This document shows positions 7,945-17,453 of a stretch of DNA of 64,000 nucleotides, piece after piece. The position numbers and the translations under genes are program-made. Position 1 is the stretch's first letter; every line of letters starts with the position of its first letter. The notes beneath the pieces are model-generated. The model did not search any database. It was not told the DNA's origin and was given only the letters and a program-made list of their open reading frames with translations. The stretch comes from Candidatus Bathyarchaeia archaeon (GTDB lineage: Archaea > Thermoproteota > Bathyarchaeia > Bathyarchaeales > Bathycorpusculaceae), in the NCBI GenBank assembly GCA_038727135.1, contig JAVYWL010000001.1, positions 192,001 through 256,000 on the forward strand. Direction: 5' to 3'.

Positions 7945-10819
7945 TTAATGTTTTACTTCCTTGTTTGTTGTTTTATGTTTTGTTGCCACAAAGGCTGTTG
8001 TTAGGATTGCCATTAGAGTGATGTAAAGTAGAAATGTCTCGTTTTTCACGTTAACGTTTATTGGGTTTATCGGTGTTGAGTGCCCTCCGACCGGGACGGA
8101 TATGACTGTTATTCTGGCAGTTTCGGATTGCGCCGTATTTCCTTTATCATCTGTCACTTTGAGGTATACGTAGAATATTTCGTCTGTCGTTGGCGTAAAT
8201 GTCCATGTATCTGATGTGGCGCCTAAAATCGGATTATTGTTTAAATACCATTTGTAACTGTATGGTGTTGTTCCACCAGAGACTGTTGATGTAAATTTTA
8301 TTGACTGCCCCACAAGAACTGACGCTGAAAGCGGACTTATGGAAACTGAAAGCGATGGCGGTGAAGGCGAATATGTGAACACTGCTTTTAAAGTGTGGTT
8401 GCTGTCCATTAGAACAGAATATGGATTTGCTGATCCAACATTAACTGTATCGAGTTCCCAGTGGTTGAATATGTAATTTGTGTCTGCGATTGCTGTAACC
8501 TGAACTATTGTGTTGGCTGCGTAGCTGTACGTGCCTGGGGCAGGACTTGTTGTCCCGCCTGCGGTAGTTAAAATTGTCAGGGAGGATGTTGCGGGAGGAG
8601 GCAGCCCCATTATGGCGAAGAGGCTTAGGTGATATATTTTTGCCCAAACATAGCCCGCATATCCAGGAACATCTGACGGTGTAACCACGCCTGTATCATT
8701 TTCAAGTATCCAGTTTGTTCCATTCCAGTAGAACATGCGCAATGTTGACTGGTCGACATATACGGATATTACTTCTTGTTCCATGTAATAGATGCGGATT
8801 TCTATTGGAAATTTTATGTTTTCTGGTGGTAAGTCAGTGTCAATGATCACGCATTTCACATAATGGACTTCCATGCCCATCTCAATAGTTCCTTCAAGGT
8901 TTATGTCATAACTGTTTATGGTTAGGTTTCCAGGAGCGGTTGTGTTAATAAAAACCAGAGTATCTGTCCTATTCATTGCGTTGACTATGTTCTCGCCAGG
9001 AATTAAAGGCGCTGGTGATATATGCTCTTTCCATTGAACATAAAAGTAATTGCTTCCATAGGAGCCTATTACTGTATTATAATACCATCCTTGAACCCAT
9101 TCACGCTCAAACCTTCTTCCAAATGACTGATACAGAGGTACTGCCGGACAATCTTCAAAATAAAGCCTCTGAAGTTCATAGTAAATCTCCTTACGTAACG
9201 CCTCACTAGTTTCAGCCACTCCAAGATCCGCAAGAGCGTCAATTGTTTCGTTCTTATAATTTTGCATAGCAGGAAGAGCTCTACCGCTTCTCATAAAACC
9301 GTAAGCAAAATCATGTGGATCAGCAAAGTCAGCAAGCCAGCCAACCATAAAGATTGGTGCTTCATGTCTAGGCACTAGATAATTAAATAATATACCCCAA
9401 GTTATACCTTGTATTTGAACATGAAACTTTGGATTAAGCGCTTCAACATTTTCTTTAAGGATCTCGCACTCTTGTAAGCGGATAATGTTTCCCACATTAT
9501 AAAGAATAGTGACATTAAAGCCGTTTGCCCACACTTGCCCATTCCAAGCCTTCTGAAAATACTCAGCAGCCTTCGTTAAATTGAATGTATACTTCTGTTG
9601 CAGGATTGTAGAATGGCAAGCCAGGTATTATGGGGGTAGCAGGTTGAAGAACGTCTCCTTGTAAAACATCCCTGATCAGTTTTGTATAGTTGAAGGCATA
9701 CGCAAAGCCCTTTCTAACATTTATATCAACGAAAAATTCTGGTGGTATTCCACTTTCGTTGAATGTTCCTGGTGGTAGACCTCCTGGCACGCCGAGGTAA
9801 GGGCTTGTTGTTGAAATGTTAAACGTGAAGAACATTGCATCACATATCAATTGAGGTAATGGATATACGCAGCGAACACCAGGTTGTCCCAACACTTCGC
9901 TCCAAGAAGTTCGTGGAACTTCAACGCTATCCAGTTCCCCCGAAAGAAATAGATCTCTTCTTGTTTCCCAGTCCCATATTCCCCGGACAGTAACTCTTTG
10001 GAGGAAATTATTCGCGCCTGGAGCAGGCCAACCACCCCAATAATCATCAAATTTAATCAAGGAGTAATTTACGCCTCTTTCATAGTAATCAAGCATAAAA
10101 GGTCCAGTTCCGCACATTGCATCAATATGTGGTCCCGGTGGTTCAGTATTCACCAAATTTATCTGAGAATTTTCGGGTCTGTTGTAGAGCGTCCAGTTGT
10201 CCCACGTTCCAGGCCATTCACCATGCGCAATGCACCAGTCCTTGTTGACTATAAATCCATAAACTGATAAGACTTGTAAAAATGGCACATAAGGTCTCGA
10301 TAAATGAAAAGTAACTGTTGTGTCGGTTCTTGTGACGGCAGCATCCAGTAGAGACGCATTAACAATGATGTTTCCATACTCGTCTCTGCTTCCGGCTAAA
10401 CCAAAAAGTGCATCGTAAAGGAAAGCAGCCGGCCATTTGATATCCAACACAAGAATGCGCTCAAAGGAATACTCAACATCCTCTGTTGTAAGCGTATCAC
10501 CATTGTGGAACTTCACACCCTGCCTTATCGTGAAAGTGTAGTTAAGGCCATCAGCGCTTATGGTCCAAGAGGTGGCAAGCCGAGGAACAAAACTGTTGAT
10601 CCGCTCTCGATTATAGAATATTAAAGGTTCATAAACATTCAAGGTCAACTCAAAATCATTGGTAGACCACAGCAGAGCAGGGTCGATGTTTTCAGGCAAA
10701 TCCCTACGCGCAATTATCATATGATCTGGATTCGGCACAGTTTCCGAATTAACTATTGGAATCAAACCAGATAGCAATGACAGCAGTATCACGCTGACAA
10801 AAAAGTTTTCTTTATTCAC
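7945..10819 (-). pseudogene. Family 5 (OppA/DppA-like) ABC substrate-binding protein fused to extracellular repeat/PKD-like domains and a C-terminal TM anchor; split by one frameshift near 9598
   Basis: ORF 9563-10819 has a signal peptide, VYEPL, PRLATSW, IRQGVKFHNG and GTGPF; a shifted frame continues QKYTFNLTKAAEYFQKAWNGQVWANGF into ORF 7945-9534 (GWLADFADPHDF). May be a sequencing error. Confidence 0.8.
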
Positions 10820-11025
10820 ACTCTCCCTTCTCCTAACAGCGATAATGCGTCCATTTTAAATTTTTTACAATATAACGTTTATGGAAGTAAATTCTATTTA
10901 AAATGCCTAATTCTCCGTTGTGCTTTGTTAATGCTTTTTATGGAAATGACAAATAACTCCTTATTGTATATGAGAAAGCACTTATTTTTGGATTTTGAGT
11001 CGGGTATGCACAAGACAACAATAAT

Positions 11026-11430
11026 TTACTTGGACGTGAAGTAGTATCTTGGCCATTGGGGCCATTGTTGAGTTTGCTGGGGTTCTTCGAACTCCATTTT
11101 TAGGGGCATTCCAACCCTTATTTTGTCCAGTGGCACGTTTTTTATCATTCCTGGGATTTTTACTCCGTTTTCTAGTTGGATTATACCTACAGCGTATGGC
11201 GCCATGTTTTGGAATTGGGTCGGCGCCACGTGGATTATCGTATATGTTAGGAGTTTGCCAGTTTTTGGCATTTCAGCCCATTCGAATTCTGTTGATAGGC
11301 ATTTGTCGCATAATGGCCTCGGCGGCAGGTGGATTTTTCCGCATTTTCGGCATTTTCCGCCCATTAGCTTTTTCTGGCTTATGTTTTTGTAGAACTGCTC
11401 TATTGTGAAGTTTTGAGGTTGCTCGGTCAT
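11026..11430 (-). CDS. DUF35 Zn-ribbon/OB-fold protein
   Basis: CRKCG...PPRPLCDKC, GKLLTYTIIH, PYAVGII; follows a thiolase. Confidence 0.88.
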   Translation of the reverse strand: MTEQPQNFTIEQFYKNISQKKLMGGKCRKCGKIHLPPRPLCDKCLSTEFEWAEMPKTGKLLTYTIIHVAPTQFQNMAPYAVGIIQLENGVKIPGMIKNVPLDKIRVGMPLKMEFEEPQQTQQWPQWPRYYFTSK

Positions 11431-11436
11431 GCGCTT

Positions 11437-12609
11437 TTACCCCCTCTTGTAGATGTGGACGGTGGCTGTGGCGCCCGAACCACCCACATTATGTGTTAGG
11501 CCTATTTCCGCGTCGTCCACTTGCCGCTTGTCAGCCTGTCCAGTAAACTGTAGGTATATCTCGTAGGCTTGGGCTGTCCCTGTGGCGCCTACTGGGTGGC
11601 CCTTCGCCTTTAGGCCTCCGCTCGTGTTGACTGGGATTCTGCCCTTTAAGGTTGTTTCGCCCTTTTCTGCTAGTTTTCCGCCTTCGCCAGGTTTGCAGAA
11701 GCCCAAGTCTTCGTAGGCTATTATTTCGGCAATGGTGAAGCAGTCGTGGACTTCAGCCACGTCGATGTCTTCTGGCGTTACACCAGCCATTTCGTAGGCT
11801 TGTTTTGCCGCTAGTTTTGCGGCTCTAAGCGACGTGAAGTCGTCTCTTTCGTAAATGCCAATCGTGTCGCTTGCCTGTCCGCTTCCAATTATGTGGACTG
11901 GTGTGTCCGTGAATTTTTTGGCTATTTCAGGCCTTGTCAGTATGATGCAGCTTGCCCCATCCGTTATTAGCGAACAATCATAGAGTTTCAGTGGCCAGGC
12001 GATAACCCGTGAGGTTAAGGCTTGTTCTAGGGTTATCTCTTTTTGCATGTGGGCTTTTGGGTTTAGGCTTCCGTTGTAATGGTTTTTTACGGCAACATGC
12101 GCCAACTGCACTTCTGTTGTGCCGTACTTGTGCATGTGAGCCGTAGCCATCAACGCATATAATCCTGGAAAGGTTATGCCGTGCCACTGTTCGAAGGGAA
12201 AATCCGAAGCCATAGCCAAAAACTCCGTGACTTCGGGGGTGCTTCGATGGGTCATTTTTTCAACGCCGCCAGCCATGACAACATCACATAAGCCCGATGC
12301 AACTGCAAATATGGCCGCCCTTAAGGCTGCGCCAGAAGAACTGCAAGCCGCCTCTATTCTCGTTGCTGGAATATGCAGCAGTCCAGCCCAGTCTGCTGCC
12401 GTCGCGCCCGTGTGCCCTTGATGCTCGTAGGATTCGCCCATATGTCCAATAAATAGGGCTTTTATGTCTCTTTTTGGGTCTAGTTTTGGGCAGCGTTCAT
12501 AAGCCTCTTTTGCCGCTTGGGCAAAAATCTCGCGAGCGTATAGGCCTTCAAGCCTCCCAAATTTTGATAAGCCTGCAGAAACTATTGAGGCGAGGGGTTT
12601 TCCCTTCAA
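11437..12609 (-). CDS. Thiolase (acetyl-CoA C-acyltransferase, archaeal/SCP2 type)
   Basis: EAACSS nucleophile Cys, EVHDCF, GHPVGATG, HNVGG. Confidence 0.92.
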   Translation of the reverse strand: MKGKPLASIVSAGLSKFGRLEGLYAREIFAQAAKEAYERCPKLDPKRDIKALFIGHMGESYEHQGHTGATAADWAGLLHIPATRIEAACSSSGAALRAAIFAVASGLCDVVMAGGVEKMTHRSTPEVTEFLAMASDFPFEQWHGITFPGLYALMATAHMHKYGTTEVQLAHVAVKNHYNGSLNPKAHMQKEITLEQALTSRVIAWPLKLYDCSLITDGASCIILTRPEIAKKFTDTPVHIIGSGQASDTIGIYERDDFTSLRAAKLAAKQAYEMAGVTPEDIDVAEVHDCFTIAEIIAYEDLGFCKPGEGGKLAEKGETTLKGRIPVNTSGGLKAKGHPVGATGTAQAYEIYLQFTGQADKRQVDDAEIGLTHNVGGSGATATVHIYKRG

Positions 12610-12766
12610 ATTAAACTTCTCCCAGAGTTAACCTTTTGGAGAAAATCCATAGTTGAGAACAAGTATTTAAGTTTCTTCAACGCTTCGGCTGATTTTCCAC
12701 GAAAAGTTTTATGTGAACACTGGTTTAAACTATAGCCTCTAAAATGGAGAAAAGGAAGGAGAAATT

Positions 12767-13924
12767 ATGAGCGAAGTTGCAATTGTTGGTGTTGGATGCG
12801 TTGGCTTTAGACCAGTAACACCAGAGCTTTCCTACAAGGAGTTGATGTTTGAGGCGGCGGTTAAAGCCTACGAGGATGCTGGCGGAATAAACCCGAGGGA
12901 GGACATAGACGTTTTCGTGACTTGTGCCGAGGACTATTTGGAAGGCTTCAGCATATTCGACGAGTTCGTCCCAGACCAGCTTGGCGCCGCCCTACGCCAC
13001 TTGTTCACTGTTTCAGGCGATGGCATGCTTGGATTGGCAACAGCCTACATGCTAATAAAGACTGGATATTTTGACACGGTCGTCGTGGAAGCCCACAGCA
13101 AAGCCTCAGATATATTAACATACATGGACATTGTCCAGTTTGGGCTCGACCCAATTTTTAACAGGCCTTTGGGCGGGCATCCCTACTACATTGCTGGATT
13201 GGAGATGAACCGTTACCTGCATGATACTGGCACAACGGAGGAGCAGTGCGCTCAGGTTGTAGTCAAAAATAAGAGGAACGCTATCCTTAATCCGTATGCT
13301 GCTTATGGTGCAGACATAACCCTGAACCAAGTCGTGCATTCAGAGAAGCTTTTCCACCCGCTGAAAAAGCTGGAGATAAGCACACCGGCAGACGGCTGCA
13401 TAGTCATGGTTCTAGCCTCTGAAAAGGTTGCAGAAAAGCTCACTGACAAGCCGGTTTGGGTTAAGGGTGTAGGATGGTGCACCGAAACCCCAAGCCTAGA
13501 AACCCGCGACTGGACAAGGGCCGTTTACACAAGACTGGCAGCTGAGATGGCCTACAAAGAGGCTAAAATCGCTAATCCTTGGCGTGATATAGACTTTGCT
13601 GAAATCCACGACTTATTCGCTTATAAAGAACTGCAACACATGGAAGCCCTAAAACTATGCGATTATGGAATGGCCGGCAAACTAACAGAGGAAGGCCTAA
13701 CAGCCCTAGACGGTGAGTTTCCAGTAAACCCGTCTGGCGGATTGCTTGGAATGGGTTATGGGTTGGAGGCTTCTGGACTTCAAAAAGTGCTTGAAGTCGT
13801 CCTACAATTAAGAGGCGAGGCTGGAGCAAGGCAGGTTGAAGATGCTGAGGTGGGTTTAGCCCACACGTGGCGTGGAATCCCAACAGCAACTGGCGCCGTG
13901 GCCATTTTAAGCAATGTTAAATGA
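12767..13924 (+). CDS. Thiolase-superfamily protein lacking catalytic Cys (Ltp4-like)
   Basis: Thiolase fold motifs KNKRNA, DGC, EIHDLF, VNPSGG; VSGDG in place of the Cys loop and GYGLEASG in place of GHPxGATG. Confidence 0.82.
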   Translation: MSEVAIVGVGCVGFRPVTPELSYKELMFEAAVKAYEDAGGINPREDIDVFVTCAEDYLEGFSIFDEFVPDQLGAALRHLFTVSGDGMLGLATAYMLIKTGYFDTVVVEAHSKASDILTYMDIVQFGLDPIFNRPLGGHPYYIAGLEMNRYLHDTGTTEEQCAQVVVKNKRNAILNPYAAYGADITLNQVVHSEKLFHPLKKLEISTPADGCIVMVLASEKVAEKLTDKPVWVKGVGWCTETPSLETRDWTRAVYTRLAAEMAYKEAKIANPWRDIDFAEIHDLFAYKELQHMEALKLCDYGMAGKLTEEGLTALDGEFPVNPSGGLLGMGYGLEASGLQKVLEVVLQLRGEAGARQVEDAEVGLAHTWRGIPTATGAVAILSNVK

Positions 13925-13941
13925 GTAGGGGTGCATGAAGC

Positions 13942-15108
13942 ATGTTTGGAAAGAAGAGAGTAGCCATAGTCGGTGCGGGTGTAACCTTATTCAGAAGAAA
14001 CTTGAAAGAGACCGGGAAAGAGCTGGCTTACCACGCGGCTAAAATGGCATTGGAACAGGCTGGGATGGAGCTCCGCGACATCCAAAGCGTTGTCATGGGA
14101 ACAGCTCCAGACGCCTTCGACGGAGTCCACATGAAAGGCGAATATTTGGCGGATGGAGCTGGAGCCTACCACAAACCATACACAAGGGTTTATGTCGGCG
14201 GCGGAACAGGCGTTTTCGCGCCTTTGGCTGGCTGGTGGCACGTAGCCTCTGGAAAGTTTGACACGTGCCTAGTTGTCTGTGAGGAGAAAATGTCATCTTG
14301 CTATCCGCATCCACAGTACGCCTTCACAACAATATTCGACCCAATTCTCGAGCGGCCAATTGGCATGAACCTCATATGGATTTTCGCCCTTGAAATGAAC
14401 CGTTACATGCACAAACACAATATAAAGAAGGAGGACATAGCCCTAGTCTCTGTTAAAAATAAGCGGAACGCCCTAGACAACCCCATAGCCCAGCTAGGCG
14501 CCAACATAACAGTAGAAGACGTCTTAAACTCTGAAATAATGGCTTGGCCAGTCCAACGCCTAGATGTAAGCCCAACAAGCGATGGGGCAGCCGCAGCGGT
14601 ACTGGTTTCAGAAGACATTGCGAAAGAAGTTACAGACAACCCTGTATGGATTGACGGCGTCGGCTGGTGCATAGACTCAACGCATTGGACAGACCGCGAC
14701 TTGTATTATCCGGATTATGTAGAGTATGCGGCTCGCATGGCTTACAAGATGGCGGGGATTAAGAATCCGCCTAAAGAGATTGATGTGGCTGAGCCCTACG
14801 ACCCCTTCGACTATAAGGAGCTGCACCACATGGAGGGCTTACTATTATGCAAGAAGGGCGAGGCGCCAAAGCTGACAAGAGAGGGTGTAACCCAAAGGGA
14901 CGGAGACCTACCCATATGCCCATCCGGCGGACTGTTAGGATGCGGAAATCCAATAGCGGCGGCTGGCATGATGAAAGTGTGCGAAATCTTCTGGCAACTG
15001 CGAGGCGAGGCCGGCAAAAGACAAGTGCCCGGGGATCCAAGAACCGGCGTGGCGCAAGCGTGGGGTGACCTAATGCAGTACGGCTCAGTAATAGTGTTGA
15101 GGCGCTAA
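13942..15108 (+). CDS. Thiolase-superfamily protein lacking catalytic Cys (Ltp3-like)
   Basis: YVGGGTG Cys-less loop, EPYDPF, PSGGLLGCGNPIAAAG. Confidence 0.82.
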   Translation: MFGKKRVAIVGAGVTLFRRNLKETGKELAYHAAKMALEQAGMELRDIQSVVMGTAPDAFDGVHMKGEYLADGAGAYHKPYTRVYVGGGTGVFAPLAGWWHVASGKFDTCLVVCEEKMSSCYPHPQYAFTTIFDPILERPIGMNLIWIFALEMNRYMHKHNIKKEDIALVSVKNKRNALDNPIAQLGANITVEDVLNSEIMAWPVQRLDVSPTSDGAAAAVLVSEDIAKEVTDNPVWIDGVGWCIDSTHWTDRDLYYPDYVEYAARMAYKMAGIKNPPKEIDVAEPYDPFDYKELHHMEGLLLCKKGEAPKLTREGVTQRDGDLPICPSGGLLGCGNPIAAAGMMKVCEIFWQLRGEAGKRQVPGDPRTGVAQAWGDLMQYGSVIVLRR

Positions 15109-15124
15109 AAAGGAGGCGAATGGA

Positions 15125-15640
15125 ATGAGTGTTAAAATTAAGCATTTTCCTGGCGAGGAGATTGAAACAAAAGACTTCCGCGAGGGAAAAGTGCTCTTTG
15201 AGAGTTTCCATCCAAAAGCCAAGTACGCGTGGAGTGCTGGCATAGCCATAAGCCGATTCCTAGAAGAGCTTAAGAATGGGCGGATCATTGCCACGACATG
15301 CAGCAGGTGCAAGCGCATAATAGTTCCACCGAGGATTTACTGCGAAAAATGCTTCAAACCAACAGACGGCTGGACTTATGTGAAGGATACGGGCGTAATC
15401 AACACATTTTCAGTCTCGTTTATCGCCGCTGATGCCTCTAGGCTAAAGGAACCCATAGTTGTGGCTATAATAAACTTGGACGGCGCTACGGAAGGCATGG
15501 GCATAGTCCACTTGCTAGGCGAATACGGCGATTGGAGGGAAATAAAAATTGGAATGCGTGTCAAAGCCGTCTGGAAGCCACCGGAAGAACGCAAAGGCGC
15601 CATCACAGACATAAAATACTTCAAACCAATAAGGGAGTGA
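15125..15640 (+). CDS. DUF35 Zn-ribbon/OB-fold protein
   Basis: CSRC...PPRIYCEKC, IGMRVKAVWKP. Confidence 0.88.
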   Translation: MSVKIKHFPGEEIETKDFREGKVLFESFHPKAKYAWSAGIAISRFLEELKNGRIIATTCSRCKRIIVPPRIYCEKCFKPTDGWTYVKDTGVINTFSVSFIAADASRLKEPIVVAIINLDGATEGMGIVHLLGEYGDWREIKIGMRVKAVWKPPEERKGAITDIKYFKPIRE

Positions 15641-15646
15641 AAAGCC

Positions 15647-16114
15647 ATGAGCCTTGAAAAAATAACCAACCCGTTAAATGCCCGCCACTGGATAGGCCAC
15701 ATGGAGGCAGACTACCGCTACACGCTTGGCATTGCTGGAGAACGCTTCTTGAAAGAGATTAAGGAAAACGCCCGAATAATGGGGGCTAAATGCCCAAAAT
15801 GTGGAGTAATCTTTGTTCCACCAAGGCTTTACTGCGAAAAGTGCTTTGCAAAACTTGAAGAGTGGGTTGACGTAGGCAAACGCGGCGAAGTCTATACATA
15901 CACGATAGCCACCATAGATGTTGATGGCAAAAAACTCGAGAAGCCCCAAATATACGCGCTGATAAAGTTTGAGGGCGCCCACGGCGGACTAATCCACAAA
16001 ATAGGCGAAACAGACAAAGTCTACATTGGAATGAAAGTTGAAGCCGTTTTCAAACCGCCCAGCGAGAGAAAAGCCTCCATAAACGACATAGCCTACTTCA
16101 AATCAGCCGAATAG
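15647..16114 (+). CDS. DUF35 Zn-ribbon/OB-fold protein
   Basis: CPKC...PPRLYCEKC, IGMKVEAVFKP. Confidence 0.88.
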   Translation: MSLEKITNPLNARHWIGHMEADYRYTLGIAGERFLKEIKENARIMGAKCPKCGVIFVPPRLYCEKCFAKLEEWVDVGKRGEVYTYTIATIDVDGKKLEKPQIYALIKFEGAHGGLIHKIGETDKVYIGMKVEAVFKPPSERKASINDIAYFKSAE

Positions 16115-16173
16115 CTTACACCCTATCCTCTTTTTATCGTCGAATCCAACTCTTTTGCCGTGGCTTAACCCTT

Positions 16174-16745
16174 TCAGCGGCAGTGCCTTCTTCTTTTTAG
16201 CCAGATTATTATTGGAGTTGCGGAAAGCATTAACAAAGGAAGAAGCGCCATAAGTGTTTGGAATTCTGGAACGATTGTTATTTCTACTGTTGAGTGAGGG
16301 TAAGTAAAGTAGATGATGCTTAATGTTTCATTCTCAAATATCGGCGTGTACTCCACTTGAACGTCGTTCACTTTTATGACAAACTGTGGCTGCATAAGAC
16401 TGTGGGGTATTGTCAGCCTACAGAACCCATAAGTCTGCCCTATCTGCGATTCAGAGGCATGCATCACAATTGTTCCATTAGAAGTGAAGTATTGGAAGCT
16501 GTCTATTGTTGAGTTAGAAATTATGTCAACATTGAAGCCAAGCGGCGTGCTGAAGCTTCTAAAGGAACCCATTAGGGGATAATTGTCAAAGTTTTCTTCT
16601 GAGAGGTTGTATGGTGTGTCGCCTATGCCATCCCCGTCGGCGTCTTCGCCTTCATAATCGTCCCAATAGCTGGAGGTTGTTATGTTGCCGTCCCAATGGT
16701 TGCGAACGATTATCGTATTATTGGATAGATTTTTTCCAATGGTTT
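16174..16745 (-). pseudogene. 3' remnant of a NosD/CASH-type surface protein with PEF-CTERM-like tail
   Basis: Frame upstream of the ATG at 16572 reads NHWDGNITTSSYWDDYEGEDADGDGIGDTPYNLSEENFDNYPLM; ends VPEF + TM + KRRR; no signal peptide or upstream start. Confidence 0.7.
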
Positions 16746-17438
16746 TTTAAGCAGATAGTAGGATAGGTAGTTCTTCCACCAGTATATGTGGCTTTTGAGA
16801 AAGCCCCAACTTTTCAGCCTTCTGCTCGACTCGTAAACTGGCTTATTTAGAACAGCAACCTTGCCAATACGTTGGACTCGAACTATGAAGTCCGTTATTT
16901 CCATTACGCTGAGCTTTTCGTCGAAACCTCCAACTTTATTAAGCACGTCCTTTTTAACCGCGAAGAAATCACCCCTATTATAGAATTTTAATAAGAATGG
17001 AATTTTTCTGCAAGCTTTTATGAAAGTTATGTCGATGGCGTAGAAGATTTTCTGCGCAAGAGTGGGCTTTTTGTCGTAGGTCTGAACATATGACACGGCT
17101 GCAACAACATCATCTTCTTTGAAAGTTTCCAGCAATTCTCTGAAAATGCATCCTTTAGGGACAGAGTCGGCGTCCATGTAAACAATTATGTCTCCGCGGG
17201 CTTTTGATGCCCCATAGTTCCTTGCCTTTGCAAGCCCCTTTTCATCAAACTTGAAAACTTTATCGGTAAAACATTTTGCAATCCGAAAGGTTAAGTCGTT
17301 ATCGCTGCTATCCACAACGATGATTTCGGCGTTAACCCCGCACGAGTTCAAGACTTTTTTAAGAGTGCGTAGTGTTCCGCCAATGTATTCCTCTTCGTTT
17401 AATGTGGCGAATATAATTGATATGAAACTTTGCTCCAT
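16710..17438 (-). CDS. Glycosyltransferase family 2
   Basis: ISIIFATLNEE, EIIVVD, ARNYGA, DAD, GGFDE, SSRR. Confidence 0.88.
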   Translation of the reverse strand: MEQSFISIIFATLNEEEYIGGTLRTLKKVLNSCGVNAEIIVVDSSDNDLTFRIAKCFTDKVFKFDEKGLAKARNYGASKARGDIIVYMDADSVPKGCIFRELLETFKEDDVVAAVSYVQTYDKKPTLAQKIFYAIDITFIKACRKIPFLLKFYNRGDFFAVKKDVLNKVGGFDEKLSVMEITDFIVRVQRIGKVAVLNKPVYESSRRLKSWGFLKSHIYWWKNYLSYYLLKKPLEKIYPIIR

Positions 17439-17453
17439 AAATCTTCCACAAGT

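Noticed and set aside
9563-9600. Programmed frameshift or selenocysteine readthrough at the TGA
   Set aside because: The continuation is in another frame, and no slippery sequence or obvious stimulatory hairpin is present
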